This document shows positions 23,001 to 38,573 of a DNA stretch of 64,000 nucleotides, piece by piece; position 1 is the stretch's first letter; each line of letters begins with the position of its first letter. The position numbers and the translations under genes are program-made. Origin of the DNA: Paragordius varius (lineage: Eukaryota; Animalia; Nematomorpha); assembly GCA_964247055.1 (NCBI GenBank), contig OZ176050.1, forward strand, positions 62,001 to 126,000. Direction: 5' to 3'. The notes under the pieces were generated by a model. That model saw nothing but the letters and a program-made list of their open reading frames with translations. It was not told the origin of the DNA and searched no databases.

Positions 23001-25777
23001 AGGTGATGTCGCCATAATTTTTTTTGGGTAGCCCTATGGTAGTTCCATCATCACCCCAAATATTTTCGAGATCGGAGTATAAATGTAATTTTTTTGAATT
23101 TTTTAAATATTTAAAAAATTTATTTTATACGATTTTAAAAATAAAAATGGCTACCTAAAATCCAAATTTGATCAGGTGATGTCACCATAATTTTTTTTGG
23201 GTAGCCCTATGGTAGTTCCATCATCACCCCAAATATTTTCGAGATCGGAGTATAAATGTAGTTTTTATGAATTTTTTAAATATTTAAAAAATTTATTTTA
23301 TACGATTTTAAAAATAAAAATGGATACCTAAAATCCAAATTTGATCAGGTGATGTCACTATAATTTTTTTTGGGTAGCCCTATGGTAATTCCATCATCAC
23401 CCCAAATATTTTGGGGATCGGACTATAAATGTAATTTTTATGAATTTTTTAAATATTTAAAAAATTTATTTTATACGATTTTAAAAATAAAAATGGCTAC
23501 CTAAAATCCAAATTTGATCAGGTGATGTCACTATAATTATTTTTGAGTAGCTCTATGGTAGTTCCATCATCACCCCAAATATTTTCGAGATCGGAGTATA
23601 AATGTAGTTTTTATGAATTTTTTAAATATTTAAAAAATTTATTTTATACGATTTTAAAAATAAAAATGGCTACCTAAAATCCAAATTTGATCAGGTGATG
23701 TCACCATAATTTTTTTTGCGTAGCCCTATGGTTGTTCCATCATCACCCCAAATATTTTGGGGATCGGACTATAAATGTAATTTTTATGAATTTTTTAAAT
23801 ATTTAAAAAATTTATTTTATACGATTTTAAAAATAAAAATGGCTACCTAAAATCCAAATTTGATCAGGTGATGTCACTATAATTTTTTTTGGGTAGCCCT
23901 ATGGTAGTTCCATCATCACCCCAAATATTGTCGAGATCGGAGTATAAATGTAATTTTTATGAATTTTTTAAATATTTAAAAAATTTATTTTATACGATTT
24001 TAAAAATAAAAATGGCTACCTAAAATCCAAATTTGATCAGGTGATGTCACTATAAATTTTTTTGGGTAGCCCTATGGTAGTTCCATCATCACCCCAAATA
24101 TTTTCGAGATCGGAGTATAAATGTAATTTTTATGAATTTTTTAAATATTTAAAAAATTTATTTTATACGATTTTAAAAATAAAAATGGCTACCTAAAATC
24201 CAAATTTGATCAGGTGATGTCACCATAATTTTTTTTGGGTAGCCCTATGGTAGTTCCATCATCACCCCAAATATTTTCGAGATCGGAGTATAAATGTAGT
24301 TTTTATGAATTTTTTAAATATTTAAAAAATTTATTTTATACGATTTTAAAAATAAAAATGGATACCTAAAATCCAAATTTGATCAGGTGATGTCACTATA
24401 ATTTTTTTTGGGTAGCCCTATGGTAATTCCATCATCACCCCAAATATTTTGGGGATCGGACTATAAATGTAATTTTTATGAATTTTTTAAATATTTAAAA
24501 AATTTATTTTATACGATTTTAAAAATAAAAATGGCTACCTAAAATCCAAATTTGATCAGGTGATGTCACTATAAATTTTTTTGGGTAGCCCTATGGTAGT
24601 TCCATCATCACCCCAAATATTTTCGAGATCGGAGTATAAATGTAATTTTTATGAATTTTTTAAATATTTAAAAAATTTATTTTATACGATTTTAAAAATA
24701 AAAATGGCTACCTAAAATCCAAATTTGATCAGGTGATGTCACCATAATTTTTTTTGGGTAGCCCTATGGTAGTTCCATCATCACCCCAAATATTTTCGAG
24801 ATCGGAGTATAAATGTAGTTTTTATGAATTTTTTAAATATTTAAAAAATTTATTTTATACGATTTTAAAAATAAAAATGGATACCTAAAATCCAAATTTG
24901 ATCAGGTGATGTCACTATAATTTTTTTTGGGTAGCCCTATGGTAATTCCATCATCACCCCAAATATTTTGGGGATCGGACTATAAATGTAATTTTTATGA
25001 ATTTTTTAAATATTTAAAAAATTTATTTTATACGATTTTAAAAATAAAAATGGCTACCTAAAATCCAAATTTGATCAGGTGATGTCGCCATAATTTTTTT
25101 TGGGTAGCCCTATGGTAGTTCCATCATCACCCCAAATATTTTCGAGATCGGAGTATAAATGTAATTTTTTTGAATTTTTTAAATATTTAAAAAATTTATT
25201 TTATACGATTTTAAAAATAAAAATGGCTACCTAAAATCCAAATTTGATCAGGTGATGTCGCCATAATTTTTTTTGCGTAGCCCTATGGTTGTTCCATCAT
25301 CACCCCAAATATTTTGGGGATCGGACTATAAATGTAATTTTTATGAATTTTTTAAACATTTAAAAAATTTATTTTATACGATTTTAAAAATAAAAATGGC
25401 TACCTAAAATCCAAATTTGATCAGGTGATGTCGCCATAATTTTTTTTGGATAGCCCTATGGTAGTTCCATCATCACCCCAAATATTTTCGAGATCGGAGT
25501 ATAAATGTAATTTTTTTGAATTTTGTAAATATTTAAAAAATTTATTTTATACGATTTTAAAAATAAAAATGGCTACCTAAAATCCAAATTTGATCAGGTG
25601 ATGTCGCCATAATTTTTTTTGCGTAGCCCTATGGTTGTTCCATCATCACCCCAAATATTTTGGGGATCGGACTATAAATGTAATTTTTATGAATTTTTTA
25701 AATATTTAAAAAATTTATTTTATACGATTTTAAAAATAAAAATGGCTACCTAAAATCCAAATTTGATCAGGTGATGT
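20069..25777 (+). repeat. Higher-order duplication, 18-monomer period (3114 bp): 20069-22663 vs 23183-25777
   Basis: 15 consecutive monomers match in order. Private markers ATAATTATTTTTGAG (monomers 20415 and 23529) and GAATTTTGTAAAT (G at 22411 and 25525). Confidence 0.92.
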
Positions 25778-26642
25778 CACTATAATTTTTTTTGGGTAGC
25801 CATATGGTAGTTCCATCATCACCCCAAATATTTTCGAGATCGGAGTATAAATGTAATTTTTTTGAATTTTTTAAATATTTAAAAAATTTATTTTATACGA
25901 TTTTAAAAATAAAAATGGCTACCTAAAATCCAAATTTGATCAGGTGATGTCACCATAATTTTTTTTGCGTAGCCCTATGGTTGTTCCATCATCACCCCAA
26001 ATATTTTGGGGATCGGACTATAAATGTAATTTTTATGAATTTTTTAAATATTTAAAAAATTTATTTTATACGATTTTAAAAATAAAAATGGCTACCTAAA
26101 ATCCAAATTTGATCAGGTGATGTCACTATAATTTTTTTTGGGTAGCCCTATGGTAGTTCCATCATCACCCCAAATATTGTCGAGATCGGAGTATAAATGG
26201 AATTTTTATGAATTTTTTAAATATTTAAAAAATTTATTTTATACGATTTTAAAAATAAAAATGGCTACCTAAAATCCAAATTTGATCAGGTGATGTCACC
26301 ATAATTTTTTTTGGGTAGCCCTATGGTAGTTCCATCATCACCCCAAATATTTTCGAGATCGGAGTATAAATGTAGTTTTTATGAATTTTTTAAATATTTA
26401 AAAAATTTATTTTATACGATTTTAAAAATAAAAATGGCTACCTAAAATCCAAATTTGATCAGGTGATGTCACTATAATTTTTTTTGGGTAGCCCTATGGT
26501 AATTCCATCATCACCCCAAATATTTTGGGGATCGGACTATAAATGTAATTTTTATGAATTTTTTAAATATTTAAAAAATTTATTTTATACGATTTTAAAA
26601 ATAAAAATGGCTACCTAAAATCCAAATTTGATCAGGTGATGT

Positions 26643-29410
26643 CGCCATAATTTTTTTTGGGTAGCCCTATGGTAGTTCCATCATCACCCAAAATATTTTC
26701 GAGATCGGAGTATAAATGTAATTTTTTTGAATTTTTTAAATATTTAAAAAATTTATTTTATACGATTTTAAAAATAAAAATGGCCACCTAAAATCCAAAT
26801 TTGATCAGGTGATGTCGCCATAATTTTTTTTGCGTAGCCCTATGGTTGTTCCATCATCACCCCAAATATTTTGGGGATCGGACTATAAATGTAATTTTTA
26901 TGAATTTTTTAAACATTTAAAAAATTTATTTTATACGATTTTAAAAATAAAAATGGCTACCTAAAATCCAAATTTGATCAGGTGATGTCGCCATAAATTT
27001 TTTTGGGTAGCCCTATGGTAGTTCCATCATCACCCCAAATATTGTCGAGATCGGAGTATAAATGTAATTTTTATGAATTTTTTAAATATTTAAAAAATTT
27101 ATTTTATACGATTTTAAAAATAAAAATGGCTACCTAAAATCCAAATTTGATCAGGTGATGTCACTATAATTTTTTTTGGGTAGCCCTATGGTAGTTCCAT
27201 CATCACCCCAAATATTTTCGAGATCGGAGTATAAATGTAATTTTTATGAATTTTTTAAATATTTAAAAAATTTATTTTATACGATTTTAAAAATAAAAAT
27301 GGCTACCTAAAATCCAAATTTGATCAGGTGATGTCACCATAATTTTTTTTGGGTAGCCCTATGGTAGTTCCATCATCACCCCAAATATTTTCGAGATCGG
27401 AGTATAAATGTAGTTTTTATGAATTTTTTAAATATTTAAAAAATTTATTTTATACGATTTTAAAAATAAAAATGGCTACCTAAAATCCAAATTTGATCAG
27501 GTGATGTCGCCATAATTTTTTTTGCGTAGCCCTATGGTTGTTCCATCATCACCCCAAATATTTTGGGGATCGGACTATAAATGTAATTTTTATGAATTTT
27601 TTAAACATTTAAAAAATTTATTTTATACGATTTTAAAAATAAAAATGGCTACCTAAAATCCAAATTTGATCAGGTGATGTCGCCATAATTTTTTTTGCGT
27701 AGCCCTATGGTTGTTCCATCATCACCCCAAATATTTTGGGGATCGGACTATAAATGTAATTTTTATGAATTTTTTAAATATTTAAAAAATTTATTTTATA
27801 CGATTTTAAAAATAAAAATGGCTACCTAAAATCCAAATTTGATCAGGTGATGTCACTATAATTTTTTTTGGGTAGCCCTATGGTAGTTCCATCATCACCC
27901 AAAATATTTTCGAGATCGGAGTATAAATGTAGTTTTTATGAATTTTTTAAATATTTAAAAAATTTATTTTATACGATTTTAAAAATAAAAATGGCTACCT
28001 AAAATCCAAATTTGATCAGGTGATGTCGCCATAATTTTTTTTGCGTAGCCCTATGGTTGTTCCATCATCACCCCAAATATTTTGGGGATCGGACTATAAA
28101 TGTAATTTTTATGAATTTTTTAAATATTTAAAAAATTTATTTTATACGATTTTAAAAATAAAAATGGCTACCTAAAATCCAAATTTGATCAGGTGATGTC
28201 GCCATAATTTTTTTTGGGTAGCCCTATGGTAGTTCCATCATCACCCAAAATATTTTCGAGATCGGAGTATAAATGTAATTTTTTTGAATTTTTTAAATAT
28301 TTAAAAAATTTATTTTATACGATTTTAAAAATAAAAATGGCCACCTAAAATCCAAATTTGATCAGGTGATGTCGCCATAATTTTTTTTGCGTAGCCCTAT
28401 GGTTGTTCCATCATCACCCCAAATATTTTGGGGATCGGACTATAAATGTAATTTTTATGAATTTTTTAAACATTTAAAAAATTTATTTTATACGATTTTA
28501 AAAATAAAAATGGCTACCTAAAATCCAAATTTGATCAGGTGATGTCGCCATAAATTTTTTTGGGTAGCCCTATGGTAGTTCCATCATCACCCCAAATATT
28601 GTCGAGATCGGAGTATAAATGTAATTTTTATGAATTTTTTAAATATTTAAAAAATTTATTTTATACGATTTTAAAAATAAAAATGGCTACCTAAAATCCA
28701 AATTTGATCAGGTGATGTCACTATAATTTTTTTTGGGTAGCCCTATGGTAGTTCCATCATCACCCCAAATATTTTCGAGATCGGAGTATAAATGTAATTT
28801 TTATGAATTTTTTAAATATTTAAAAAATTTATTTTATACGATTTTAAAAATAAAAATGGCTACCTAAAATCCAAATTTGATCAGGTGATGTCACCATAAT
28901 TTTTTTTGGGTAGCCCTATGGTAGTTCCATCATCACCCCAAATATTTTGGAGATCGGAGTATAAATGTAGTTTTTATGAATTTTTTAAATATTTAAAAAA
29001 TTTATTTTATACGATTTTAAAAATAAAAATGGCTACCTAAAATCCAAATTTGATCAGGTGATGTCGCCATAATTTTTTTTGCGTAGCCCTATGGTTGTTC
29101 CATCATCACCCCAAATATTTTGGGGATCGGACTATAAATGTAATTTTTATGAATTTTTTAAACATTTAAAAAATTTATTTTATACGATTTTAAAAATAAA
29201 AATGGCTACCTAAAATCCAAATTTGATCAGGTGATGTCGCCATAATTTTTTTTGCGTAGCCCTATGGTTGTTCCATCATCACCCCAAATATTTTGGGGAT
29301 CGGACTATAAATGTAATTTTTATGAATTTTTTAAATATTTAAAAAATTTATTTTATACGATTTTAAAAATAAAAATGGCTACCTAAAATCCAAATTTGAT
29401 CAGGTGATGT
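26643..29410 (+). repeat. Higher-order duplication, 9-monomer period (1557 bp): 26643-27853 vs 28200-29410
   Basis: Private TGGCCACC at 26781 and 28338. CGCCATAAA monomers at 26989 and 28546. Confidence 0.88.
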
Positions 29411-32400
29411 CACTATAATTTTTTTTGGGTAGCCCTATGGTAGTTCCATCATCACCCAAAATATTTTCGAGATCGGACTATAAATGTAATTTTTATGAAT
29501 TTTTTAAATATTTAAAAAATTTATTTTATACGATTTAAAAAATAAAAATGGCTACCTAAAATCCAAATTTGATCAGGTGATGTCACTATAATTTTTTTTG
29601 GGTAGCCCTATGGTAGTTCCATCATCACCCCAAATATTGTCGAGATCGGAGTATAAATGTAATTTTTATGAATTTTTTAAATATTTAAAAAATTTATTTT
29701 ATACGATTTTAAAAATAAAAATGGCTACCTAAAATCCAAATTTGATCAGGTGATGTCGCCATAATTTTTTTTGCGTAGCCCTATGGTTGTTCCATCATCA
29801 CCCCAAATATTTTGGGGATCGGACTATAAATGTAATTTTTATGAATTTTTTAAATATTTAAAAAATTTATTTTATACGATTTTAAAAATAAAAATGGCTA
29901 CCTAAAATCCAAATTTGATCAGGTGATGTCACTATAATTTTTTTTGGGTAGCCCTATGGTAGTTCCATCATCACCCCAAATATTGTCGAGATCGGAGTAT
30001 AAATGTAATTTTTATGAATTTTTTAAATATTTAAAAAATTTATTTTATACGATTTTAAAAATAAAAATGGCTACCTAAAATCCAAATTTGATCAGGTGAT
30101 GTCACTATATTTTTTTTTGGGTAGCCCTATGGTAGTTCCATCATCACCCCAAATATTTTCGAGATCGGAGTATAACTGTAATTTTTTAGAATTTTTTAAA
30201 TATTTAAAAAATTTATTTTATACGATTTTAAAAATAAAAATGCCTACCTAAAATCCAAATTTGATCAGGTGATGTCGCCATAATTTTTTTTGCGTAGCCC
30301 TATGGTTGTTCCATCATCACCCCAAATATTTTGGGGATCGGACTATAAATGTAATTTTTATGAATTTTTTAAATATTTAAAAAATTTATTTTATACGATT
30401 TTAAAAATAAAAATGGCTACCTAAAATCCAAATTTGATCAGGTGATGTCGCCATAATTTTTTTTGGGTAGCCCTATGGTAGTTCCATCATCACCCCAAAT
30501 ATTTTCGAGATCGGAGTATAAATGTAATTTTTTTGAATTTTTTAAATATTTAAAAAATTTATTTTATACGATTTTAAAAATAAAAATGGCTACCTAAAAT
30601 CCAAATTTGATCAGGTGATGTCGCCATAATTTTTTTGCGTAGCCCTATAGTTGTTCCATCATCACCCCAAATATTTTGGGGATCGGACTATAAATGTAAT
30701 TTTTATAAATTTTTTAAATATTTAAAAAATTTATTTTATACGATTTTAAAAATAAAAATGGCTACCTAAAATCCAAATTTGATCAGGTGATGTCGCCATA
30801 ATTTTTTTTGCGTAGCCCTATGGTTGTTCCATCATCACCCCAAATATTTTGGGGATCGGACTATAAATGTAATTTTTATGAATTTTTTAAATATTTAAAA
30901 AATTTATTTTATACGATTTTAAAAATAAAAATGGCTACCTAAAATCCAAATTTGATCAGGTGATGTCACTATAATTTTTTTTGGGTAGCCCTATGGTAGT
31001 TCCATCATCACCCCAAATATTGTCGAGATCGGAGTATAAATATAATTTTTATGAATTTTTTAAATATTTAAAAAATTTATTTTATACGATTTTAAAAATA
31101 AAAATGGCTACCTAAAATCCAAATTTGATCAGGTGATGTCACTATATTTTTTTTTGGGTAGCCCTATGGTAGTTCCATCATCACCCCAAATATTTTCGAG
31201 ATCGGAGTATAAATGTAATTTTTTTGAATTTTTTAAATATTTAAAAAATTTATTTTATACGATTTTAAAAATAAAAATGGCTACCTAAAATCCAAATTTG
31301 ATCAGGTGATGTCGCCATAATTTTTTTTGCGTAGCCCTATGGTTGTTCCATCATCACCCCAAATATTTTGGGGATCGGACTATAAATGTAATTTTTATGA
31401 ATTTTTTAAATATTTAAAAAATTTATTTTATACGATTTTAAAAATAAAAATGGCTACCTAAAATCCAAATTTGATCAGGTGATGTCGCCATAATTTTTTT
31501 TGGGTAGCCCTATGGTAGTTCCATCATCACCCCAAATATTTTCGAGATCGGAGTATAAATGTAATTTTTTTGAATTTTTTAAATATTTAAAAAATTTATT
31601 TTATACGATTTTAAAAATAAAAATGGCTACCTAAAATCCAAATTTGATCAGGTGATGTCGCCATAATTTTTTTTGCGTAGCCCTATGGTTGTTCCATCAT
31701 CACCCCAAATATTTTGGGGATCGGACTATAAATATAATTTTTATGAATATTTTAAATATTTAAAAAATTTATTTTATACGATTTTAAAAATAAAAATGGC
31801 TACCTAAAATCCAAATTTGATCAGGTGATGTCGCCATAATTTTTTTTGGGTAGCCCTATGGTAGTTCCATCATCACCCCAAATATTTTCGAGATCGGAGT
31901 ATAAATGTAATTTTTTTGAATTTTTTAAATATTTAAAAAATTTATTTTATAAGATTTTAAAAATAAAAATGGCTACCTAAAATCCAAATTTGATCAGGTG
32001 ATGTCGCCATAATTTTTTTGCGTAGCCCTATAGTTGTTCCATCATCACCCCAAATATTTTGGGGATCGGACTATAAATGTAATTTTTATGAATTTTTTAA
32101 ATATTTAAAAAATTTATTTTATACGATTTTAAAAATAAATATGGCTACCTAAAATCCAAGTTTGATCAGGTGATGTCACTATAATTTTTTTTGGGTAGCC
32201 CTATGGTAGTTCCATCATCACCCCAAATATTGTCGAGATCGGAGTATAAATGTAATTTTTTTGAATTTTTTAAATATTTAAAAAATTTATTTTATACGAT
32301 TTTAAAAATAAAAATGGCTACCTAAAATCCAAATTTGATCAGGTGATGTCACCATAATTTTTTTTGGGTAGCCCTATGGTAATTCCATCATCACCCCAAA

Positions 32401-35400
32401 TATTTTGGGGATCGGACTATAAATGTAATTTTTATGAATTTTTTAAATATTTAAAAAATTTATTTTATACGATTTTAAAAATAAAAATGGCTACCTAAAA
32501 TCCAAGTTTGATCAGGTGATGTCACTATAATTTTTTTTGGGTAGCCCTATGGTAGTTCCATCATCACCCCAAATATTGTCGAGATCGGAGTATAAATGTA
32601 ATTTTTATGAATTTTTTAAATATTTAAAAAATTTATTTTATACGATTTTAAAAATAAAAATGGCTACCTAAAATCCAAATTTGATCAGGTGATGTCACCA
32701 TAATTTTTTTTGGGTAGCCCTATGGTAGTTCCAACATCACCCCAAATATTTTGGGGATCGGACTATAAATGTAATTTTTATGAATTTTTTAAACATTTAA
32801 AAAATTTATTTTATACGATTTTAAAAATAAAAATGGCTACCTAAAATCCAAATTTGATCAGGTGATGTCGCCATAATTTTTTTTGCGTAGCCCTATGGTT
32901 GTTCCATCATCACCCCAAATATTTTGGGGATCGGACTATAAATGTAATTTTTATGAATTTTTTAAATATTTAAAAAATTTATTTTATACGATTTTAAAAA
33001 TAAAAATGGCTACCTAAAATCCAAATTTGATCAGGTGATGTCACTATAATTTTTTTTGGGTAGCCCTATGGTAGTTCCATCATCACCCAAAATATTTTCG
33101 AGATCGGACTATAAATGTAATTTTTATGAATTTTTTAAATATTTAAAAAATTTATTTTATACGATTTAAAAAATAAAAATGGCTACCTAAAATCCAAATT
33201 TGATCAGGTGATGTCACTATAATTTTTTTTGGGTAGCCCTATGGTAGTTCCATCATCACCCCAAATATTGTCGAGATCGGAGTATAAATGTAATTTTTAT
33301 GAATTTTTTAAATATTTAAAAAATTTATTTTATACGATTTTAAAAATAAAAATGGCTACCTAAAATCCAAATTTGATCAGGTGATGTCGCCATAATTTTT
33401 TTTGCGTAGCCCTATGGTTGTTCCATCATCACCCCAAATATTTTGGGGATCGGACTATAAATGTATTTTTTATGAATTTTTTAAATATTTAAAAAATTTA
33501 TTTTATACGATTTTAAAAATAAAAATGGCTACCTAAAATCCAAATTTGATCAGGTGATGTCACTATAATTTTTTTTGGGTAGCCCTATGGTAGTTCCATC
33601 ATCACCCCAAATATTGTCGAGATCGGAGTATAAATGTAATTTTTATGAATTTTTTAAATATTTAAAAAATTTATTTTATACGATTTTAAAAATAAAAATG
33701 GCTACCTAAAATCCAAATTTGATCAGGTGATGTCACTATATTTTTTTTGGGTAGCCCTATGGTAGTTCCATCATCACCCCAAATATTTTCGAGATCGGAG
33801 TATAAATGTAATTTTTTTGAATTTTTTAAATATTTAAAAAATTTATTTTATACGATTTTAAAAATAAAAATGGCTACCTAAAATCCAAATTTGATCAGGT
33901 GATGTCGCCATAATTTTTTTTGCGTAGCCCTATGGTTGTTCCATCATCACCCCAAATATTTTGGGGATCGGACTATAAATGTAATTTTTATGAATTTTTT
34001 AAATATTTAAAAAATTTATTTTATACGATTTTAAAAATAAAAATGGCTACCTAAAATCCAAATTTGATCAGGTGATGTCGCCATAATTTTTTTTGGGTAG
34101 CCCTATGGTAGTTCCATCATCACCCCAAATATTTTCGAGATCGGAGTATAAATGTAATTTTTTTGAATTTTTTAAATATTTAAAAAATTTATTTTATACG
34201 ATTTTAAAAATAAAAATGGCTACCTAAAATCCAAATTTGATCAGGTGATGTCGCCATAATTTTTTTGCGTAGCCCTATAGTTGTTCCATCATCACCCCAA
34301 ATATTTTGGGGATCGGACTATAAATGTAATTTTTATGAATTTTTTAAATATTTAAAAAATTTATTTTATACGATTTTAAAAATAAAAATGGCTACCTAAA
34401 ATCCAAATTTGATCAGGTGATGTCGCCATATTTTTTTTTGCGTAGCCCTATGGTTGTTCCATCATCACCCCAAATATTTTGGGGATCGGACTATAAATGT
34501 AATTTTTATGAATTTTTTAAATATTTAAAAAATTTATTTTATACGATTTTAAAAATAAAAATGGCTACCTAAAATCCAAATTTGATCAGGTGATGTCACT
34601 ATAATTTTTTTTGGGTAGCCCTATGGTAGTTCCATCATCACCCCAAATATTGTCGAGATCGGAGTATAAATATAATTTTTATGAATTTTTTAAATATTTA
34701 AAAAATTTATTTTATACGATTTTAAAAATAAAAATGGCTACCTAAAATCCAAATTTGATCAGGTGATGTCACTATATTTTTTTTTGGGTAGCCCTATGGT
34801 AGTTCCATCATCACCCCAAATATTTTCGAGATCGGAGTATAAATGTAATTTTTTTGAATTTTTTAAATATTTAAAAAATTTATTTTATACGATTTTAAAA
34901 ATAAAAATGGCTACCTAAAATCCAAATTTGATCAGGTGATGTCGCCATAATTTTTTTTGCGTAGCCCTATGGTTGTTCCATCATCACCCCAAATATTTTG
35001 GGGATCGGACTATAAATGTAATTTTTATGAATTTTTTAAATATTTAAAAAATTTATTTTATACGATTTTAAAAATAAAAATGGCTACCTAAAATCCAAAT
35101 TTGATCAGGTGATGTCGCCATAATTTTTTTTGGGTAGCCCTATGGTAGTTCCATCATCACCCCAAATATTTTCGAGATCGGAGTATAAATGTAATTTTTT
35201 TGAATTTTTTAAATATTTAAAAAATTTATTTTATACGATTTTAAAAATAAAAATGGCTACCTAAAATCCAAATTTGATCAGGTGATGTCGCCATAATTTT
35301 TTTTGCGTAGCCCTATGGTTGTTCCATCATCACCCCAAATATTTTGGGGATCGGACTATAAATGTAATTTTTATGAATATTTTAAATATTTAAAAAATTT

Positions 35401-38400
35401 ATTTTATACGATTTTAAAAATAAAAATGGCTACCTAAAATCCAAATTTGATCAGGTGATGTCGCCATAATTTTTTTTGGGTAGCCCTATGGTAGTTCCAT
35501 CATCACCCCAAATATTGTCGAGATCGGAGTATAAATGTAATTTTTATGAATTTTTTAAATATTTAAAAAATTTATTTTATACGATTTTAAAAATAAAAAT
35601 GGCTACCTAAAATCCAAATTTGATCAGGTGATGTCGCCATAATTTTTTTTGCGTAGCCCTATGGTTGTTCCATCATCACCCCAAATATTTTGGGGATCGG
35701 ACTATAAATGTATTTTTTATGAATTTTTTAAATATTTAAAAAATTTATTTTATACGATTTTAAAAATAAAAATGGCTACCTAAAATCCAAATTTGATCAG
35801 GTGATGTCACTATAATTTTTTTTGGGTAGCCCTATGGTAGTTCCATCATCACCCCAAATATTGTCGAGATCGGAGTATAAATGTAATTTTTATGAATTTT
35901 TTAAATATTTAAAAAATTTATTTTATACGATTTTAAAAATAAAAATGGCTACCTAAAATCCAAATTTGATCAGGTGATGTCACTATATTTTTTTTTGGGT
36001 AGCCCTATGGTAGTTCCATCATCACCCCAAATATTTTCGAGATCGGAGTATAAATGTAATTTTTTTGAATTTTTTAAATATTTAAAAAATTTATTTTATA
36101 CGATTTTAAAAATAAAAATGGCTACCTAAAATCCAAATTTGATCAGGTGATGTCGCCATAATTTTTTTTGCGTAGCCCTATGGTTGTTCCATCATCACCC
36201 CAAATATTTTGGGGATCGGACTATAAATGTAATTTTTATGAATTTTTTAAATATTTAAAAAATTTATTTTATACGATTTTAAAAATAAAAATGGCTACCT
36301 AAAATCCAAATTTGATCAGGTGATGTCGCCATAATTTTTTTTGGGTAGCCCTATGGTAGTTCCATCATCACCCCAAATATTTTCGAGATCGGAGTATAAA
36401 TGTAATTTTTTTGAATTTTTTAAATATTTAAAAAATTTATTTTATACGATTTTAAAAATAAAAATGGCTACCTAAAATCCAAATTTGATCAGGTGATGTC
36501 GCCATAATTTTTTTGCGTAGCCCTATAGTTGTTCCATCATCACCCCAAATATTTTGGGGATCGGACTATAAATGTAATTTTTATGAATTTTTTAAATATT
36601 TAAAAAATTTATTTTATACGATTTTAAAAATAAAAATGGCTACCTAAAATCCAAATTTGATCAGGTGATGTCGCCATATTTTTTTTTGCGTAGCCCTATG
36701 GTTGTTCCATCATCACCCCAAATATTTTGGGGATCGGACTATAAATGTAATTTTTATGAATTTTTTAAATATTTAAAAAATTTATTTTATACGATTTTAA
36801 AAATAAAAATGGCTACCTAAAATCCAAATTTGATCAGGTGATGTCACTATAATTTTTTTTGGGTAGCCCTATGGTAGTTCCATCATCACCCCAAATATTG
36901 TCGAGATCGGAGTATAAATATAATTTTTATGAATTTTTTAAATATTTAAAAAATTTATTTTATACGATTTTAAAAATAAAAATGGCTACCTAAAATCCAA
37001 ATTTGATCAGGTGATGTCACTATATTTTTTTTTGGGTAGCCCTATGGTAGTTCCATCATCACCCCAAATATTTTCGAGATCGGAGTATAAATGTAATTTT
37101 TTTGAATTTTTTAAATATTTAAAAAATTTATTTTATACGATTTTAAAAATAAAAATGGCTACCTAAAATCCAAATTTGATCAGGTGATGTCGCCATAATT
37201 TTTTTTGCGTAGCCCTATGGTTGTTCCATCATCACCCCAAATATTTTGGGGATCGGACTATAAATGTAATTTTTATGAATTTTTTAAATATTTAAAAAAT
37301 TTATTTTATACGATTTTAAAAATAAAAATGGCTACCTAAAATCCAAATTTGATCAGGTGATGTCGCCATAATTTTTTTTGGGTAGCCCTATGGTAGTTCC
37401 ATCATCACCCCAAATATTTTCGAGATCGGAGTATAAATGTAATTTTTTTGAATTTTTTAAATATTTAAAAAATTTATTTTATACGATTTTAAAAATAAAA
37501 ATGGCTACCTAAAATCCAAATTTGATCAGGTGATGTCGCCATAATTTTTTTTGCGTAGCCCTATGGTTGTTCCATCATCACCCCAAATATTTTGGGGATC
37601 GGACTATAAATGTAATTTTTATGAATATTTTAAATATTTAAAAAATTTATTTTATACGATTTTAAAAATAAAAATGGCTACCTAAAATCCAAATTTGATC
37701 AGGTGATGTCGCCATAATTTTTTTTGGGTAGCCCTATGGTAGTTCCATCATCACCCCAAATATTTTCGAGATCGGAGTATAAATGTAATTTTTTTGAATT
37801 TTTTAAATATTTAAAAAATTTATTTTATAAGATTTTAAAAATAAAAATGGCTACCTAAAATCCAAATTTGATCAGGTGATGTCGCCATAATTTTTTTGCG
37901 TAGCCCTATAGTTGTTCCATCATCACCCCAAATATTTTGGGGATCGGACTATAAATGTAATTTTTATGAATTTTTTAAATATTTAAAAAATTTATTTTAT
38001 ACGATTTTAAAAATAAAAATGGCTACCTAAAATCCAAGTTTGATCAGGTGATGTCACTATAATTTTTTTTGGGTAGCCCTATGGTAGTTCCATCATCACC
38101 CCAAATATTGTCGAGATCGGAGTATAAATGTAATTTTTTTGAATTTTTTAAATATTTAAAAAATTTATTTTATACGATTTTAAAAATAAAAATGGCTACC
38201 TAAAATCCAAATTTGATCAGGTGATGTCACCATAATTTTTTTTGGGTAGCCCTATGGTAATTCCATCATCACCCCAAATATTTTGGGGATCGGACTATAA
38301 ATGTAATTTTTATGAATTTTTTAAATATTTAAAAAATTTATTTTATACGATTTTAAAAATAAAAATGGCTACCTAAAATCCAAGTTTGATCAGGTGATGT

Positions 38401-38573
38401 CACTATAATTTTTTTTGGGTAGCCCTATGGTAGTTCCATCATCACCCCAAATATTGTCGAGATCGGAGTATAAATGTAATTTTTATGAATTTTTTAAATA
38501 TTTAAAAAATTTATTTTATACGATTTTAAAAATAAAAATGGCTACCTAAAATCCAAATTTGATCAGGTGATGT
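29238..38573 (+). repeat. Nested higher-order block: 21-monomer duplication (offset 3631 bp) whose second copy has an internal 13-monomer duplication (offset 2247 bp)
   Basis: 29238-31831 matches 32869-35461. 33388-35461 matches 35635-37709. 31832-32695 matches 37710-38573 (markers CTATAGTTG, AAATATAATT, GAATATTTT, TATAAGATT, CCAAGTTTG). Confidence 0.88.
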
